Assembly (NCBI GenBank): GCA_964558675.1
Contig: CAZLEY010000001.1
Span: 106,754-170,753 of the forward strand
Length of the DNA stretch: 64,000 nucleotides
Origin: an uncultured Dehalococcoidaceae bacterium
GTDB taxonomy: Bacteria > Chloroflexota > Dehalococcoidia > Dehalococcoidales > RBG-16-60-22
Direction: 5' to 3'
Positions 48,282-58,799 of the stretch are shown one piece after another; within the stretch, counting starts at the first letter, position 1; the number at the start of each line of letters is the position of its first letter. Both the position numbers and the translations under genes were made by a program. Below the pieces are notes generated by a model that did not search any database, was not told the DNA's origin, and saw nothing but the letters and a program-made list of their open reading frames with translations.

Positions 48282-49241
48282 CTAAGTATATATCGAAACG
48301 TCGTAGAGTTTATGGGCGGCCGTCCATGCCCATTTCCCAAGATAGGATAGAAACAGGTTCAGGTTATTATAAAAATCAAGAGGACTCAACTTTAGCACCT
48401 TTCGATACTCCGCCCTAGCCAGTCTCATATTGTTATTCTGCATGTGCATATAAGCTGTGGCTTTGTGAAAGAAAATCTTCTCATCTCTGTTCAAGTAAGG
48501 ATACAGGCTTTTTATGCCGCTATCTTTGATTGCTTTCAATACCTCGGTATCCAAGTCATTCCTGGTTATTCTTAGAGCCATCAAGTGATATAGCGCTGAT
48601 TCTTCTTTTTTCCCAAACTGAATGCTTTCTTCGTGAAGCCTGAGCATATATAATACCTGTGGTAGGCCTCTTACCTGGTAGTGCTTGGCGATTCTCAGCC
48701 AGAGTTCGTAGTCCTGGCTGTACCTGAACAATTCGTTGTAGCCGCCTAACCTGCGGACAATCTCGGTTTGGAACATCGCCGAACCATGGGCGAACAATCC
48801 GCCCTGAAAGTTATTTCTACTCGGGTCTTCTGATAAAATTCTCTTACCCTGCCTTTTCCCATCCTCATCTATGATGTAGATGCTGGTGCCCAGCAAGGCT
48901 GTTTCCGGATGTAGTTTAAAGTATCTGAATTGCTCCTCAAGGCGATTTGGCAGGGAGATGTCATCGGCATCCTGCCGGGCTATGAGTTTCTCCTGAGCCT
49001 GCTCAATGGCAATGTTCAAGGACCGGGTCAGGCCGATATTCGTTTTGTTGTTTATCATCCTGATTCTTCGGTCATCGTAGCTTTGTATTATCTCAAGTGA
49101 ACTATCTGTAGAGGCGTCGTTGACAATGATGAATTCAAAATCAGGCAGGGTTTGATTGAGGATGCTCTCAATCGCCTGCCTGAGATACCTTTCCTCGTTG
49201 TAAACCGACATTATGACGCTTATTTGCGGGTTATCAGCCAT
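48282..49241 (-). CDS. GT2 glycosyltransferase
   Basis: ISVIMSVYNEE, VNDASTD, ARQDADD, SQDYELW. Confidence 0.93.
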   Translation of the reverse strand: MADNPQISVIMSVYNEERYLRQAIESILNQTLPDFEFIIVNDASTDSSLEIIQSYDDRRIRMINNKTNIGLTRSLNIAIEQAQEKLIARQDADDISLPNRLEEQFRYFKLHPETALLGTSIYIIDEDGKRQGKRILSEDPSRNNFQGGLFAHGSAMFQTEIVRRLGGYNELFRYSQDYELWLRIAKHYQVRGLPQVLYMLRLHEESIQFGKKEESALYHLMALRITRNDLDTEVLKAIKDSGIKSLYPYLNRDEKIFFHKATAYMHMQNNNMRLARAEYRKVLKLSPLDFYNNLNLFLSYLGKWAWTAAHKLYDVSIYT

Positions 49242-49270
49242 TATTGGGTTTTCGATATTTACCTCCGGGA

Positions 49271-50128
49271 TTATGCCTTACAACGTAGTCCTCGTCCAGC
49301 CATAATGTAGATAAGTGGCCCTATCAAAATGGATATTAGTGTTCTCAGCCATTTCATGCCAGGTCTTAAATATACCCTCATATAGAAGCTTGCGAGAGTA
49401 ACATAAGCAGTTGCTGAAAGCTGGCGAGCCCGGCCAGGTCTGTCTGCAACGTGAAGTTCCTGACCACCACGTTGCATCTCAAGAATGTACTCGCTTTCGA
49501 GGTAAGTATCTGACAAAAATCCGAAGCTGTTGTCTCCAAACATCGCTTGAATCTTACCACAGGTTGCTAGTAAGCTGTGATTGCCGTAGCGAATGTTTAA
49601 GTGTAGCCAATCCCAAAGAACTTCAAAGGCATCGAGTTGCTCCAGTACCTGGCGTGCTGTGGCGAAAAAGGAACCACGCATGGTATCGTGGCGAAAATGT
49701 CTTGATGGCGGTTTCCATCGGGAATGAGCGTAGACGGCACAATGCGTCATGGGCCAATCAGTTTTAACAGAGTTCTGCCCATTGCTCACGAACTTTTTAC
49801 CACTGTCCAGAAGCTCAATGCATCGCTCTATAAATCCAGGATTCTTGATTACCAGATCATCATGCATGAAGAAGATATACTCAAACTCACGCCAGATTCC
49901 CTTTATAAGGAACTGTTGATAACATCCCCAATCATAACCCAGATTAGGTTCAAAGAATACCTGTTCACGCTTCACGTAGTCGAATAGCCAGCTAGGAACC
50001 TGTCGGGGCGGCTTATGTGATACCACGAATACCTGAGCTTGTGGCAATGTATGCAGTTCGGCGTACAAATCCCTGTTGTAGTGCCAGCCAGCCACACAGA
50101 TGGCTATCTTTCGTTGCGTATCAAGCAT
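49271..50128 (-). CDS. putative glycosyltransferase (RgpF/GT-A-like)
   Basis: EPNLGYDWG and FFMHDD motifs; glycan-locus context. Confidence 0.55.
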   Translation of the reverse strand: MLDTQRKIAICVAGWHYNRDLYAELHTLPQAQVFVVSHKPPRQVPSWLFDYVKREQVFFEPNLGYDWGCYQQFLIKGIWREFEYIFFMHDDLVIKNPGFIERCIELLDSGKKFVSNGQNSVKTDWPMTHCAVYAHSRWKPPSRHFRHDTMRGSFFATARQVLEQLDAFEVLWDWLHLNIRYGNHSLLATCGKIQAMFGDNSFGFLSDTYLESEYILEMQRGGQELHVADRPGRARQLSATAYVTLASFYMRVYLRPGMKWLRTLISILIGPLIYIMAGRGLRCKA

Positions 50129-50144
50129 GAAATGCCCCTCAGCT

Positions 50145-50963
50145 TCAGAGATGATGTTTGGGTGTTATCACGGCTAAACCATGAGGTGTTTCGAATATCT
50201 TTAATGCATGGGTTGTCGTAGTGATATCCTCCAGCGCGGGACTTAACGGGTCACTTATCCCGAATATCTCCGCCAGGACGTGTCGTTCCCAGTGCCCGGT
50301 AAGACTTGAAATATTCGGGTCGTCCTTGCTCTGTTCCATTCGGGGGTTACACAAGCCCCGGCCGCAATCATGCATAGCTATAATCCAGTCTGAATTTTCA
50401 ATAATCCCATGAACAGCATTCTTGATAAGGTGGTAGGGGTGAGCATCAAAGTAAATAAACCCGGAGCCGTAGGTTTTCAGGACATCTTCCTGGAATGTTA
50501 AGGTGACGTCTTTCAGCATCAGCCTGGCTTCATCGGGGTTGAAGTGTTTGACCTGATTAGCGATATCAAAGCAAACGATATTGCTTTCAAGGCGTAGTAG
50601 ATTTTTAATGTCAATAATCCTGCGGGTTGATTTGCCATATTGTGTGCCTATTTCGACGATAGCCTTTGGTGGGAAGAGCGATAGAATAACGTAAATGATG
50701 AACGCTTCCTCGATGCAAAGAGTTTTACGCTCTCCCATCAGGGTTGCATAATGCTTTTCCTTAGAGAAAGCTCGATAAGCCTTCCACATAGCGTTGACCT
50801 TGGCACGGTCTAAATTGAAAAAGGAGCTAATCTGATTAAAGAGACTATCCTAGTCGACATAATCAATGATATAGGGCTTATAGCCCTCAACTGGTGTGAT
50901 GGTTTTAATCTTTAAAAGCCTTGATGCAATCCTTCGAAGTGGAGGCGGTAATAATTCTATCAT
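50145..50963 (-). pseudogene. class I SAM methyltransferase (Methyltransf_24-like) interrupted by an in-frame TAG at 50850-50852
   Basis: IVEIGTQYGKST, CFDI, YFDA, AMHD; the frame continues upstream of ATG50789 through one TAG to ATG50963/GTG50972 with a GGAAAGGA SD. Confidence 0.7.
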
Positions 50964-51257
50964 GGTTTTCACATTCCTTTCCTTCTGTTGTTATTTTACA
51001 GTAATTTCGCATTTCAAGCGGGACTATTTTCGTGGGTGTAGGCCATTTTCACACAAACATTCTACCTCTAGGTTCTGCTACTTTTCAATAGCTATTTTTC
51101 CTTTTGAGCATCCCGGGGAAGGAGGGTTTAAGCTAGAAGCTACAATATTCCTTGCAGAGTAGCTGAGTAATACTTTAGAATGATATTACGTAATAGTGCT
51201 GAGGAACGGTAATGGCTAGCCTGAGAATGAGGGTGTAAGGAAAACGGCGTAGAAATA

Positions 51258-53039
51258 ATGAAGTACAGGAGTCTCAGGGTAATCTGGTTTTTACTCCGGC
51301 GGTATAAATCCCGGTTTCTGGTAGTGCTTGTCCTGTCCATAATAACCGGCATCTTGGAGGCTGCCAACGTGGCCGCCATCTACCCGATTCTTACAGCGGC
51401 TTTTCCTGCCGGAGCTGGAGAAGGCAATGTAATTCTTTCTATATTTAATAGAATGGCCAGCCTGGTACCGATTGAAGAGAGGTTTCTGGGCTACTGCGTG
51501 GTCTTTCTGATAATCGCGGTTGTTACTTTTGCCGTAAAGATTGTCTTTATCAACTACAAAGTAAGGTTCGCCGCAAGGCTGGTACAAAGAAACCAGGAAG
51601 ATATCTTTGATAAATATATTAAAGCTGATTATCAATATTTCATAGACCGTCAGCAGGGGGAGTTGCTCTACAATGTCGTCACGGCTCCAAATCAGGTGGC
51701 TATCCTGGTAACGTCCTTAGCTGACTTGGTGCAGCAGGTGATACTATCCATCTCTGTACTTGTTCTTTTATTCTCATTATCATGGCAGGGAACACTGGCC
51801 GTAATAGTGGTAGGTATTATATATCATTACCTGACAACCTACCTAGGCAGGAGAGTGTCTTACTATTCGGCCAAAGGCGAGATGAAAGCGAATAGAGAGA
51901 CCAACGTAATCCTGAACGAAATGATTACCGGGATCAAGCAGGTTAAAGTATATGGAACCGCAGCCGACTGGGCAGACAGGTTTGGCAAAACCGTTGACAG
52001 GCGCTGGTATCATTACATAAAACGCAATATATGGCAGAATATCCCTGCTCCTTTCCTGTTCCTGGTTCTGTATATAGCCATCGGTGTCATAGCCTTGATT
52101 ATCAAAGTAGTGGCACCGCTCACTTACGTGGATTTAATCCCTACTTACGGCACCTTTGGCTTTGCTATTTTCCGTTTATTCCCGCTGGTTGGTGCTATGG
52201 GCTTGATGACAATGCAAATTATGGCGTCGCTGCCCAATTGCGAAGCCGTTTACTCTATAGAACGGGACAAAATCACATTCATTGAAGATGGACAGGAAGA
52301 ACTGGTCTCGTTCAAATCCGGCATAAAGTTTAGAAATGTCAGCTTTTCCTACCATGAACGTGCCAAGACCTTAAAAGACATTTCGCTTACTTTTGAGAAG
52401 GGCAAGACCACGGCTATCGTGGGGCGTTCAGGCTCAGGTAAATCGACAATAGTGAGTCTGCTGCTGCGCTTGTTTGAGCCCGATAAGGGCGAGGTGATGA
52501 TTGATGGCATTAATATCAAGGAATATAAACTATCTTCATGGCTGGATAAAATAGGCTATGTGGACCAGGATACATTTATCTTGAATGATACGGTCAGGAA
52601 CAACATTACCTTTTGCTCCGAAAGTTATTCCGATGAGGACGCCGCCAGAGCAGCTGGCTATGCCGATGCCCACGAGTTCATCACCGAGTTACCTCAAAAT
52701 TACGATACCGTAGTCGGCGATAAGGGGGTAAGAATGTCAGGCGGGCAGAGGCAGAGAATTGCGGTTGCCCGCGCTATGATAAGAGAACCCGAGATACTGA
52801 TTTTCGATGAAGCGACCAACGCACTTGACAGCATATCCGAGGCGGCTGTCCAGAGGGCTATTGACGAGATAGCGAAAGACCATACCGTGGTTATTATTGC
52901 CCATCGTCTTTCCACTATAGTTAACGCCGACAAAATAATCGTGATGTCCCGCGGACGAGTAATAGAGGAAGGAACGCATAAAGAGCTGATAGAAAAGGGG
53001 AAAGACTACTGGCAGCTATACCAGAGTCAACCGGTGTAG
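51258..53039 (+). CDS. ABC exporter (TMD+NBD), PglK/MsbA-like; probable lipid-linked glycan flippase
   Basis: 6-TM domain, GRSGSGKST, MSGGQRQR, FDEATNALD, AHRLST; flippase role is inferred from context. Confidence 0.85.
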   Translation: MKYRSLRVIWFLLRRYKSRFLVVLVLSIITGILEAANVAAIYPILTAAFPAGAGEGNVILSIFNRMASLVPIEERFLGYCVVFLIIAVVTFAVKIVFINYKVRFAARLVQRNQEDIFDKYIKADYQYFIDRQQGELLYNVVTAPNQVAILVTSLADLVQQVILSISVLVLLFSLSWQGTLAVIVVGIIYHYLTTYLGRRVSYYSAKGEMKANRETNVILNEMITGIKQVKVYGTAADWADRFGKTVDRRWYHYIKRNIWQNIPAPFLFLVLYIAIGVIALIIKVVAPLTYVDLIPTYGTFGFAIFRLFPLVGAMGLMTMQIMASLPNCEAVYSIERDKITFIEDGQEELVSFKSGIKFRNVSFSYHERAKTLKDISLTFEKGKTTAIVGRSGSGKSTIVSLLLRLFEPDKGEVMIDGINIKEYKLSSWLDKIGYVDQDTFILNDTVRNNITFCSESYSDEDAARAAGYADAHEFITELPQNYDTVVGDKGVRMSGGQRQRIAVARAMIREPEILIFDEATNALDSISEAAVQRAIDEIAKDHTVVIIAHRLSTIVNADKIIVMSRGRVIEEGTHKELIEKGKDYWQLYQSQPV

Positions 53040-53074
53040 ATTAGGAGTCCCCGTATTCTGGTTGGATTCATGCG

Positions 53075-53590
53075 TCACTTGCGCGGAGGTTTGTTCCAGT
53101 CAAAGGGCTTGCCTGTTTCTGGGTCTATTACGGTGGGGTCATCCCACGGGCGGCGTCCTTCGTCGGGATTTTCGTAGTCGTAGAGCCTGGTGGTGAAGTA
53201 TACGAGAAGTGAAGGCTCTTGGCTGACCGTCTGTGTGCCGTGCCAGTAAAAGCCGGGTATTCTCACGATTTGTGGCTCGTCGGAGCTTGCCGTTATTTCA
53301 ACGAGTTTCCCCACAGTGGTGGTTGCGTTCTCCCCGCCGTCGTAAGCGCAGATTTTCATCGCTCCCTGAACGACCATGAAATAGTCTACCTGCCCTCTGG
53401 CATGCCGGTGCCAGCCCCTGATTATCCCCGGGTAGCTGGAAGACAGATTGGCCTGTACTATTCTGTCGCCTTCGAGCAGTTCTTTCCAGTCTTCTCTTAT
53501 GGTTTCGAGAAAGAAGCCCCGTTCATCAGGGAGTTTTTTCAGTAGGTATTTCTTTACGCCGGGCAAGCTGTATTCTTCTACTTCAACCAT
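53075..53590 (-). CDS. rmlC: dTDP-4-dehydrorhamnose 3,5-epimerase
   Basis: DERGFF.E, RGWH.H, IP..YWHG. Confidence 0.9.
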   Translation of the reverse strand: MVEVEEYSLPGVKKYLLKKLPDERGFFLETIREDWKELLEGDRIVQANLSSSYPGIIRGWHRHARGQVDYFMVVQGAMKICAYDGGENATTTVGKLVEITASSDEPQIVRIPGFYWHGTQTVSQEPSLLVYFTTRLYDYENPDEGRRPWDDPTVIDPETGKPFDWNKPPRK

Positions 53591-54449
53591 TTTGCCGCCT
53601 TTCTAGATAGTCTTTGAGAGCCTCCTGCCATGGTCTCATGTCATCCATCCCCAGGAGTCTTAGATGGTAATTATCGAGTACTGAGTAATTTGGCCTCCTG
53701 GCCTTTTGCGGATACTGGTCGGACGTTACGGGTAAAACTGGAGTTTTCAGTCCTGCCAGCCTCAGGATTTCTACGGCGAACTCATACCATGAGCAGGAGC
53801 CCTTATTGGTGATGTGGAATATGCCGTGGTTGTCAGTTATAATGAGCTGCGCTATCTTTGCCGCTAAATCCCTGGTATAGGTTGGCGAGGATATCTGGTC
53901 GTTGACTACTCTGAGCTCCTCCTTTTCTCCGGCAAGTCGGAGCACGGTTTCCACGAAATTCCCCCCCTTGCTCCACGCCCCTTTTGTACCGAAGAGCGCC
54001 GAGGTCCTTACAATCAGGTACATAGGGCAGAGACGGCGCACTAGGTTCTCGCCGTCCAGTTTGGACTTGCCGTAAACGTTGGCGGGGGTAGGGGTATCGT
54101 CCTCGGTATAAGGCCTGCCGCGCTGCTCCTCTTCGCCCCCGAAAACATAATCGGTGCTTATATGCATTAGTGTGGCTCCATGGTCGCTGGCCGCCATAGC
54201 CACATTGCCGGCGCCCTGGGCGTTCACCTGGAAGGCATTATCCGGATTATCTTCGCAATCGTCGACTCGTATGAAAGCTGCGGCGTTTATCACCATGTCC
54301 GGTTTGTATTTGTTAAATGCCGCTTTAACCGATTCTATATCGGTGATTTCAACGTCAGCGTGAGTGAGCGGAACGACGTCGGAGCTGCGCAGAACTTCAC
54401 AGAGGTCGGCTCCAAGCTGGCCGTCAGCACCGATAACTGCAATATTCAT
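53583..54449 (-). CDS. rmlD: dTDP-4-dehydrorhamnose reductase
   Basis: GADGQLG, STDYVFGG, YGKSKL.GE, DQISSPT. Confidence 0.95.
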   Translation of the reverse strand: MNIAVIGADGQLGADLCEVLRSSDVVPLTHADVEITDIESVKAAFNKYKPDMVINAAAFIRVDDCEDNPDNAFQVNAQGAGNVAMAASDHGATLMHISTDYVFGGEEEQRGRPYTEDDTPTPANVYGKSKLDGENLVRRLCPMYLIVRTSALFGTKGAWSKGGNFVETVLRLAGEKEELRVVNDQISSPTYTRDLAAKIAQLIITDNHGIFHITNKGSCSWYEFAVEILRLAGLKTPVLPVTSDQYPQKARRPNYSVLDNYHLRLLGMDDMRPWQEALKDYLERRQNG

Positions 54450-54493
54450 CTCGATAATCGCCCATCATCTTTGTATATTTACCATCGTGTTGC

Positions 54494-55462
54494 TTATTTG
54501 ATACGTAGCCACCAGCCCTCATTCTCTCTATACCACTGGATGGTGCTCTTCAGTCCTTCTTCAATCGGCACTTCTGCTTTCCAGCCGACCTCTTTTTTTG
54601 TTTTGGTAGCGTCCAGGGCATAGCGGCGGTCATGCCCCGGGCGGTCAGTCACGAAATTGATGAGCGAGTGTGGTTTTTCCATTGTATCGAGTATATACTG
54701 TACCAGTTCCAGGTTGGTCTTCTCGCTATTTCCGCCGATATTATAGATTTCCCCCGGCTTACCCTTCTGTAGAATCAGGTCGATAGCACGGCAGTGGTCT
54801 TCTACATAAATCCAGTCGCGGATATTCAGGCCGTCTCCATAAACCGGAATGGTTTTACCTTCCACAATATTGGTTATGGTCAGGGGTATAAGCTTCTCCG
54901 GAAACTGGAATGGGCCATAATTGTTGGAGCAGCGGGTGATAATTACCGGTAAGCCGTAGGTGTGATGGTAGGCTTGGCATAGAAGGTCGGCAGCGGCTTT
55001 ACTGGCGGCATAAGGACTGTTTGGCGAAAGAGGTGACCGCTCGCTGAACTGGCCAGTGTCTCCCAACGAGCCATATACCTCGTCCGTGGATATCTGCACG
55101 AATAGCTCTGCCCCGTATTGCCTTGTTCCTTCGAGAAGTACCTGAGTACCCTTCATGTTTGTATCCACGAAAGGTGTGGCATCGGTAATGCTCCGGTCTA
55201 CGTGTGACTCGGCGGCGAAATTGACCAGTATATCAAAGTGTTTCTCGAGCACTTCACCGATAAGCTGTCTGTCGGCAATATCACCTTTGATGAAATGGTA
55301 TACGGGGTTGCTTTCAATGTCTTTCAGGTTCTCCAGGTTTCCAGCGTACGTAAGCTTGTCGAGGTTGGTTACTTCCCAGTCTTTATGCTCATGCAGCAAG
55401 TAGCGGATGAAATTGCTGCCGATGAACCCGGCTCCCCCGGTGACCAGTACCTTTGTCGTCAT
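54494..55462 (-). CDS. rmlB: dTDP-glucose 4,6-dehydratase
   Basis: GGAGFIGSNF, DKLTYAGN, AAESHVDRS, STDEVYG, YAASKA, DRPGHD.RY. Confidence 0.97.
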   Translation of the reverse strand: MTTKVLVTGGAGFIGSNFIRYLLHEHKDWEVTNLDKLTYAGNLENLKDIESNPVYHFIKGDIADRQLIGEVLEKHFDILVNFAAESHVDRSITDATPFVDTNMKGTQVLLEGTRQYGAELFVQISTDEVYGSLGDTGQFSERSPLSPNSPYAASKAAADLLCQAYHHTYGLPVIITRCSNNYGPFQFPEKLIPLTITNIVEGKTIPVYGDGLNIRDWIYVEDHCRAIDLILQKGKPGEIYNIGGNSEKTNLELVQYILDTMEKPHSLINFVTDRPGHDRRYALDATKTKKEVGWKAEVPIEEGLKSTIQWYRENEGWWLRIK

Positions 55463-55474
55463 AGCTCGCTTCCG

Positions 55475-56542
55475 TTAGAGCTCAAGCTTTGCGTCATCAC
55501 CAACGAATAGCCTTATCGCTCCACCCCTCTCTCCCCTTTTCTTGAGCTCCACTCCTTCTCCTAAAAGGCTGTCCTCCAGACCGCCAATCCGGTAGATGCG
55601 GCAGTTTTCCAGAATTACCGAGTGTTCTACGGATGAATTTTCCACAACGGTGTTCTCGCCTATGCTGGTAAAAGGTCCGATGAATGAATGCTTTATTTTA
55701 CACCCCCCGGCGATAGATACGGGACCCCGAATGGTGCTGTTTTCCACCCTTGTTCCCTCACCGATTTCAACTCGGCCGACTACCTGGCTTTCAGCGTCGA
55801 TATCTCCCTTTATATTCCTCTTCAAAAAATCATCGAGGACAGCCCTGTTCGCCTCGAGGATATCGTCTTTCTTGCCGGTATCCAGCCACCATCCTGCGGA
55901 GATGTGGCTCCTGACTTCTTTCCGCATTTCCAGGAGTTTTTGAATGGCGTCGGTTATTTCCAGTTCGCCTCGCCAGGACGGCTTTATCTGGCTGATAGCC
56001 TTATGAATTTCCGGCGTAAAAAGATACACCCCTACCAGGGCAAGATTGCTCTTGGGCTCTTTGGGCTTTTCCACCAGTCGAGTTAATCTGCCTGACGCGT
56101 CGAGTTCCGCGACGCCGAAGATGCTGGGATTGGGAACCTCCTTGAGCAGGATAAGGGCTTCGGGATTATACTGTTCAAACTCCTGAACAAGGCCTCCAAT
56201 GCCTTTCTGGATAAGGTTGTCGCCGAGGAACATAAGGAAGGGCTCGGTGCCCAGAAAATCCTGCGCCGTTTTTACGGCGTGAGCCAAGCCCAGGGGTTCT
56301 GCCTGCACGATATACGTAATCTGCATATCCCACCTTGAGCCGTCACCGGCAACGCCTTTTACGGAACTTCCGGTCTCCGGGGAGATGATAATGCCCACAT
56401 CCGTAATCCCGGCCTCTCTGACCTGTTCCAGGACATAGAACAGGATTGGTTTATTGGCGATAGGCAGAAGCTGCTTGGCGATGGTATGCGTTAGAGGCTT
56501 CAGCCTCGTTCCTTTGCCGCCCGATAAAATTAAGGCTTTCAT
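55475..56542 (-). CDS. rmlA: glucose-1-phosphate thymidylyltransferase (long form)
   Basis: [11 protein letters not shown]....[23 protein letters not shown]; C-terminal hexapeptide repeats. Confidence 0.95.
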   Translation of the reverse strand: MKALILSGGKGTRLKPLTHTIAKQLLPIANKPILFYVLEQVREAGITDVGIIISPETGSSVKGVAGDGSRWDMQITYIVQAEPLGLAHAVKTAQDFLGTEPFLMFLGDNLIQKGIGGLVQEFEQYNPEALILLKEVPNPSIFGVAELDASGRLTRLVEKPKEPKSNLALVGVYLFTPEIHKAISQIKPSWRGELEITDAIQKLLEMRKEVRSHISAGWWLDTGKKDDILEANRAVLDDFLKRNIKGDIDAESQVVGRVEIGEGTRVENSTIRGPVSIAGGCKIKHSFIGPFTSIGENTVVENSSVEHSVILENCRIYRIGGLEDSLLGEGVELKKRGERGGAIRLFVGDDAKLEL

Positions 56543-56651
56543 GTAGAAAATGCTTTCTCCGATTGATTATCAGGGTCCATCGTCCCCTGTTACCGTATTC
56601 TTTTATAGCTGGCTGTTTTTATTATATCATGATTCTTATATAGCCCTTTAA

Positions 56652-57458
56652 TCACTGGCTATTTATAATTCCCCTGCATATAGATAGCCATTTCTCTCTT
56701 TCCATGTAACCTTTTATTTTCCTGGCTATGTAATTTATTATAGGGAGGCTTAATAATTTATTCCATTCTTTGTACTTAGCCGCCCCTAAGGAAGAACCTC
56801 TGCCAAAGTGGCAGGCGAAAATCTCATCATAATCCCTTTGGTAGAACTCGGCACAGATAATATCTCTGAAAGGCCCCTCTTTATATTCGAGTGTATACCG
56901 TGTATCAAAAGTCTCACATTTATATCCATTTTTTAGAAATTTCTCGCGCATCTCCCAACCTACATCCTGCCCCGCTTTTATATCCTTTGGTCGCATATCT
57001 ATTCCTAAGGATTTAAAAACCATGGTATCAAATATAACAGCATAAATCAAAGGAAAGTCGGTAGGCTTGGTACCGCCTTTCACAGGAGGGGCGCCTATAA
57101 TTTTCACTTTATCATCAAGTTGATTAATGAGGATTTCATCCCATTCTTTCTTCAAAAAAGCAGCATCTGCATCTAAAAGAACTCCATAGGGTGTATTTAT
57201 CTTTTCTATCAGGATGTTTAGAGCCTCCCCATGACCCATGCTGCCCGGAGCAGACTGTTTTCGCCAAAATAGCTCAGCATTACTGTATTTACTGGCTACT
57301 GTTTTTAGTCTCCTTTTATCAAAGTGACTGGAGCCGTTATCACAGATAATCACTTTGTACTTATTTTTGGTTAGTTTCGCCAGTGCAGAGAGACTGAGTT
57401 TCAGAAATTTCGATGAGTTATAGTTAACAGTGACTACAGTCAGCAACTCTTCAGCCAC
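56652..57458 (-). CDS. GT2 glycosyltransferase
   Basis: VVTVNYNS, ICDNGS, LLDADA. Confidence 0.85.
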   Translation of the reverse strand: MAEELLTVVTVNYNSSKFLKLSLSALAKLTKNKYKVIICDNGSSHFDKRRLKTVASKYSNAELFWRKQSAPGSMGHGEALNILIEKINTPYGVLLDADAAFLKKEWDEILINQLDDKVKIIGAPPVKGGTKPTDFPLIYAVIFDTMVFKSLGIDMRPKDIKAGQDVGWEMREKFLKNGYKCETFDTRYTLEYKEGPFRDIICAEFYQRDYDEIFACHFGRGSSLGAAKYKEWNKLLSLPIINYIARKIKGYMEREKWLSICRGIINSQ

Positions 57459-57571
57459 GTACCCTGCTCTCCTTTCTACATTCCGCTATAAAAACCTGGT
57501 AGCGAAGTAACTTACGAGTTATGGTCAGGGCTGCATTCGACTATAATAAAATCCTTAATGAATATAGGCTC

Positions 57572-58597
57572 CTATTCTACATCATTGACAATTTGAGATA
57601 AGAAGGTTTCATATTTCTTACCGAGCGTTTTCATTAAATAACGCTTACAGTATGCGACGCCCTTAATTGATAATTCTTCGCGATATTCATGGTCTACTAT
57701 TAATTTCTCCAGTTCACTTTCCCATTCTTCTTTGGTAGTACATAATATCGCCGGGCTATTTTTGTATGAATCTATAGGACTTGCCACAACCGGGATACCT
57801 GCAGCCATGGGATACCCTATTTTTGTAAAAGAGTGCCCCCTGTTGTATGGATCTTCTAAGTCTCTCGGGCTGAGCTTAATATCTCCTTCCATTAACTGTA
57901 GATGAATTTTGTTTTGCTGGTATTTTATAAATTCAGAGGAGACATTCTCAAGTGTTATTTGGGGGTCTTTATCGCAGACAAACAGCATTCGCAGTTTGTA
58001 TTTTTTACCGAGTCCTTCCAATATATCTTTAACCAGCAGAATTTCACTTGCTTTAACAGAATAACCTGCATATAGAAGATTAATGACCTTTTTCTCCCCA
58101 TGTCTTTTTTTATTTTTAAAAAAACTCTCACTTATGTTTTCTAGAATGACAATAACGTTTTTAGTGGGGAAATGCTGTGCTATGATATCTTTTAAATACT
58201 GTGTGGTAGTTATAAGTCCATCAGCGACCTCGGTGAAAGAAAAAACGTCTTTTCTTTGAGTTTCATTTACGAAGAGTGTATTCGATGCCTCATAGTAGTT
58301 CACATTGATATCCAAAATAACCTTTATTCCTTTGTTTTTAAGTAGGTTTGCCAGTTTATATGCTTCCTGATTGAAGTATTTTTGGAATATAACGACATCG
58401 TACTTATTAGCTTTCCAGTTCTTGTATAGTTCCGCTGAAAATCCTTTTGTTTGATTAAGATACATAATAATGTCATAAGCCCGCAGGCGCGTGGAGCCCA
58501 TAGCCTTATTATAAGATTTTGGGATTCCAGCTATAACAAATCCAACTCTAATTTTTTGGTCATCTAACCTGTGAAAAAAATCACGAATAAGAAACAT
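57572..58597 (-). CDS. glycosyltransferase (GT-B/GT4-like), AT-rich
   Basis: STRLRAY, FQK, DINVNY, K...YMAAG-like KIGYPMAAGIPVVAS; ATG58597 has a GGAG SD. Confidence 0.75.
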   Translation of the reverse strand: MFLIRDFFHRLDDQKIRVGFVIAGIPKSYNKAMGSTRLRAYDIIMYLNQTKGFSAELYKNWKANKYDVVIFQKYFNQEAYKLANLLKNKGIKVILDINVNYYEASNTLFVNETQRKDVFSFTEVADGLITTTQYLKDIIAQHFPTKNVIVILENISESFFKNKKRHGEKKVINLLYAGYSVKASEILLVKDILEGLGKKYKLRMLFVCDKDPQITLENVSSEFIKYQQNKIHLQLMEGDIKLSPRDLEDPYNRGHSFTKIGYPMAAGIPVVASPIDSYKNSPAILCTTKEEWESELEKLIVDHEYREELSIKGVAYCKRYLMKTLGKKYETFLSQIVNDVE

Positions 58598-58625
58598 CTC
58601 GCTCCAACATAACCAATCACGCAAC

Positions 58626-58799
58626 TTAGCCTAAATAGGTCCCCTTTATATCGCACGAACTAAGATACTCATGATAATGGCCTTTCCCGCAGCCGACATC
58701 TAATATAGCGGCATCATGTTTGGGGCAGTATTTGTTTATCATGTATTTTATAGCCTGGTTCGTGCAATCTCTTGCAGGACAATCCAGTGTTATGCTCAT
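58626..58799 (-). pseudogene. truncated class I SAM methyltransferase (57 aa); absent from the ORF track
   Basis: MSITLDCPARDCTNQAIKYMINKYCPKHDAAILDVGCGKGHYHEYLSSCDIKGTYLG*; ATGA-coupled to the upstream GT4. Confidence 0.75.

Noticed and set aside
50850-50852. Genome-wide amber recoding
   Set aside because: TAG ends several clearly complete genes here (dnaC-like, aroF, pabC, hddA, aglB); only local read-through remains possible
50896-51379. ORFs of 88 aa (+) and 79 aa (-) in the MTase/ABC divergent region
   Set aside because: No motifs or SD; the first overlaps the true 5' end of the interrupted methyltransferase on the other strand
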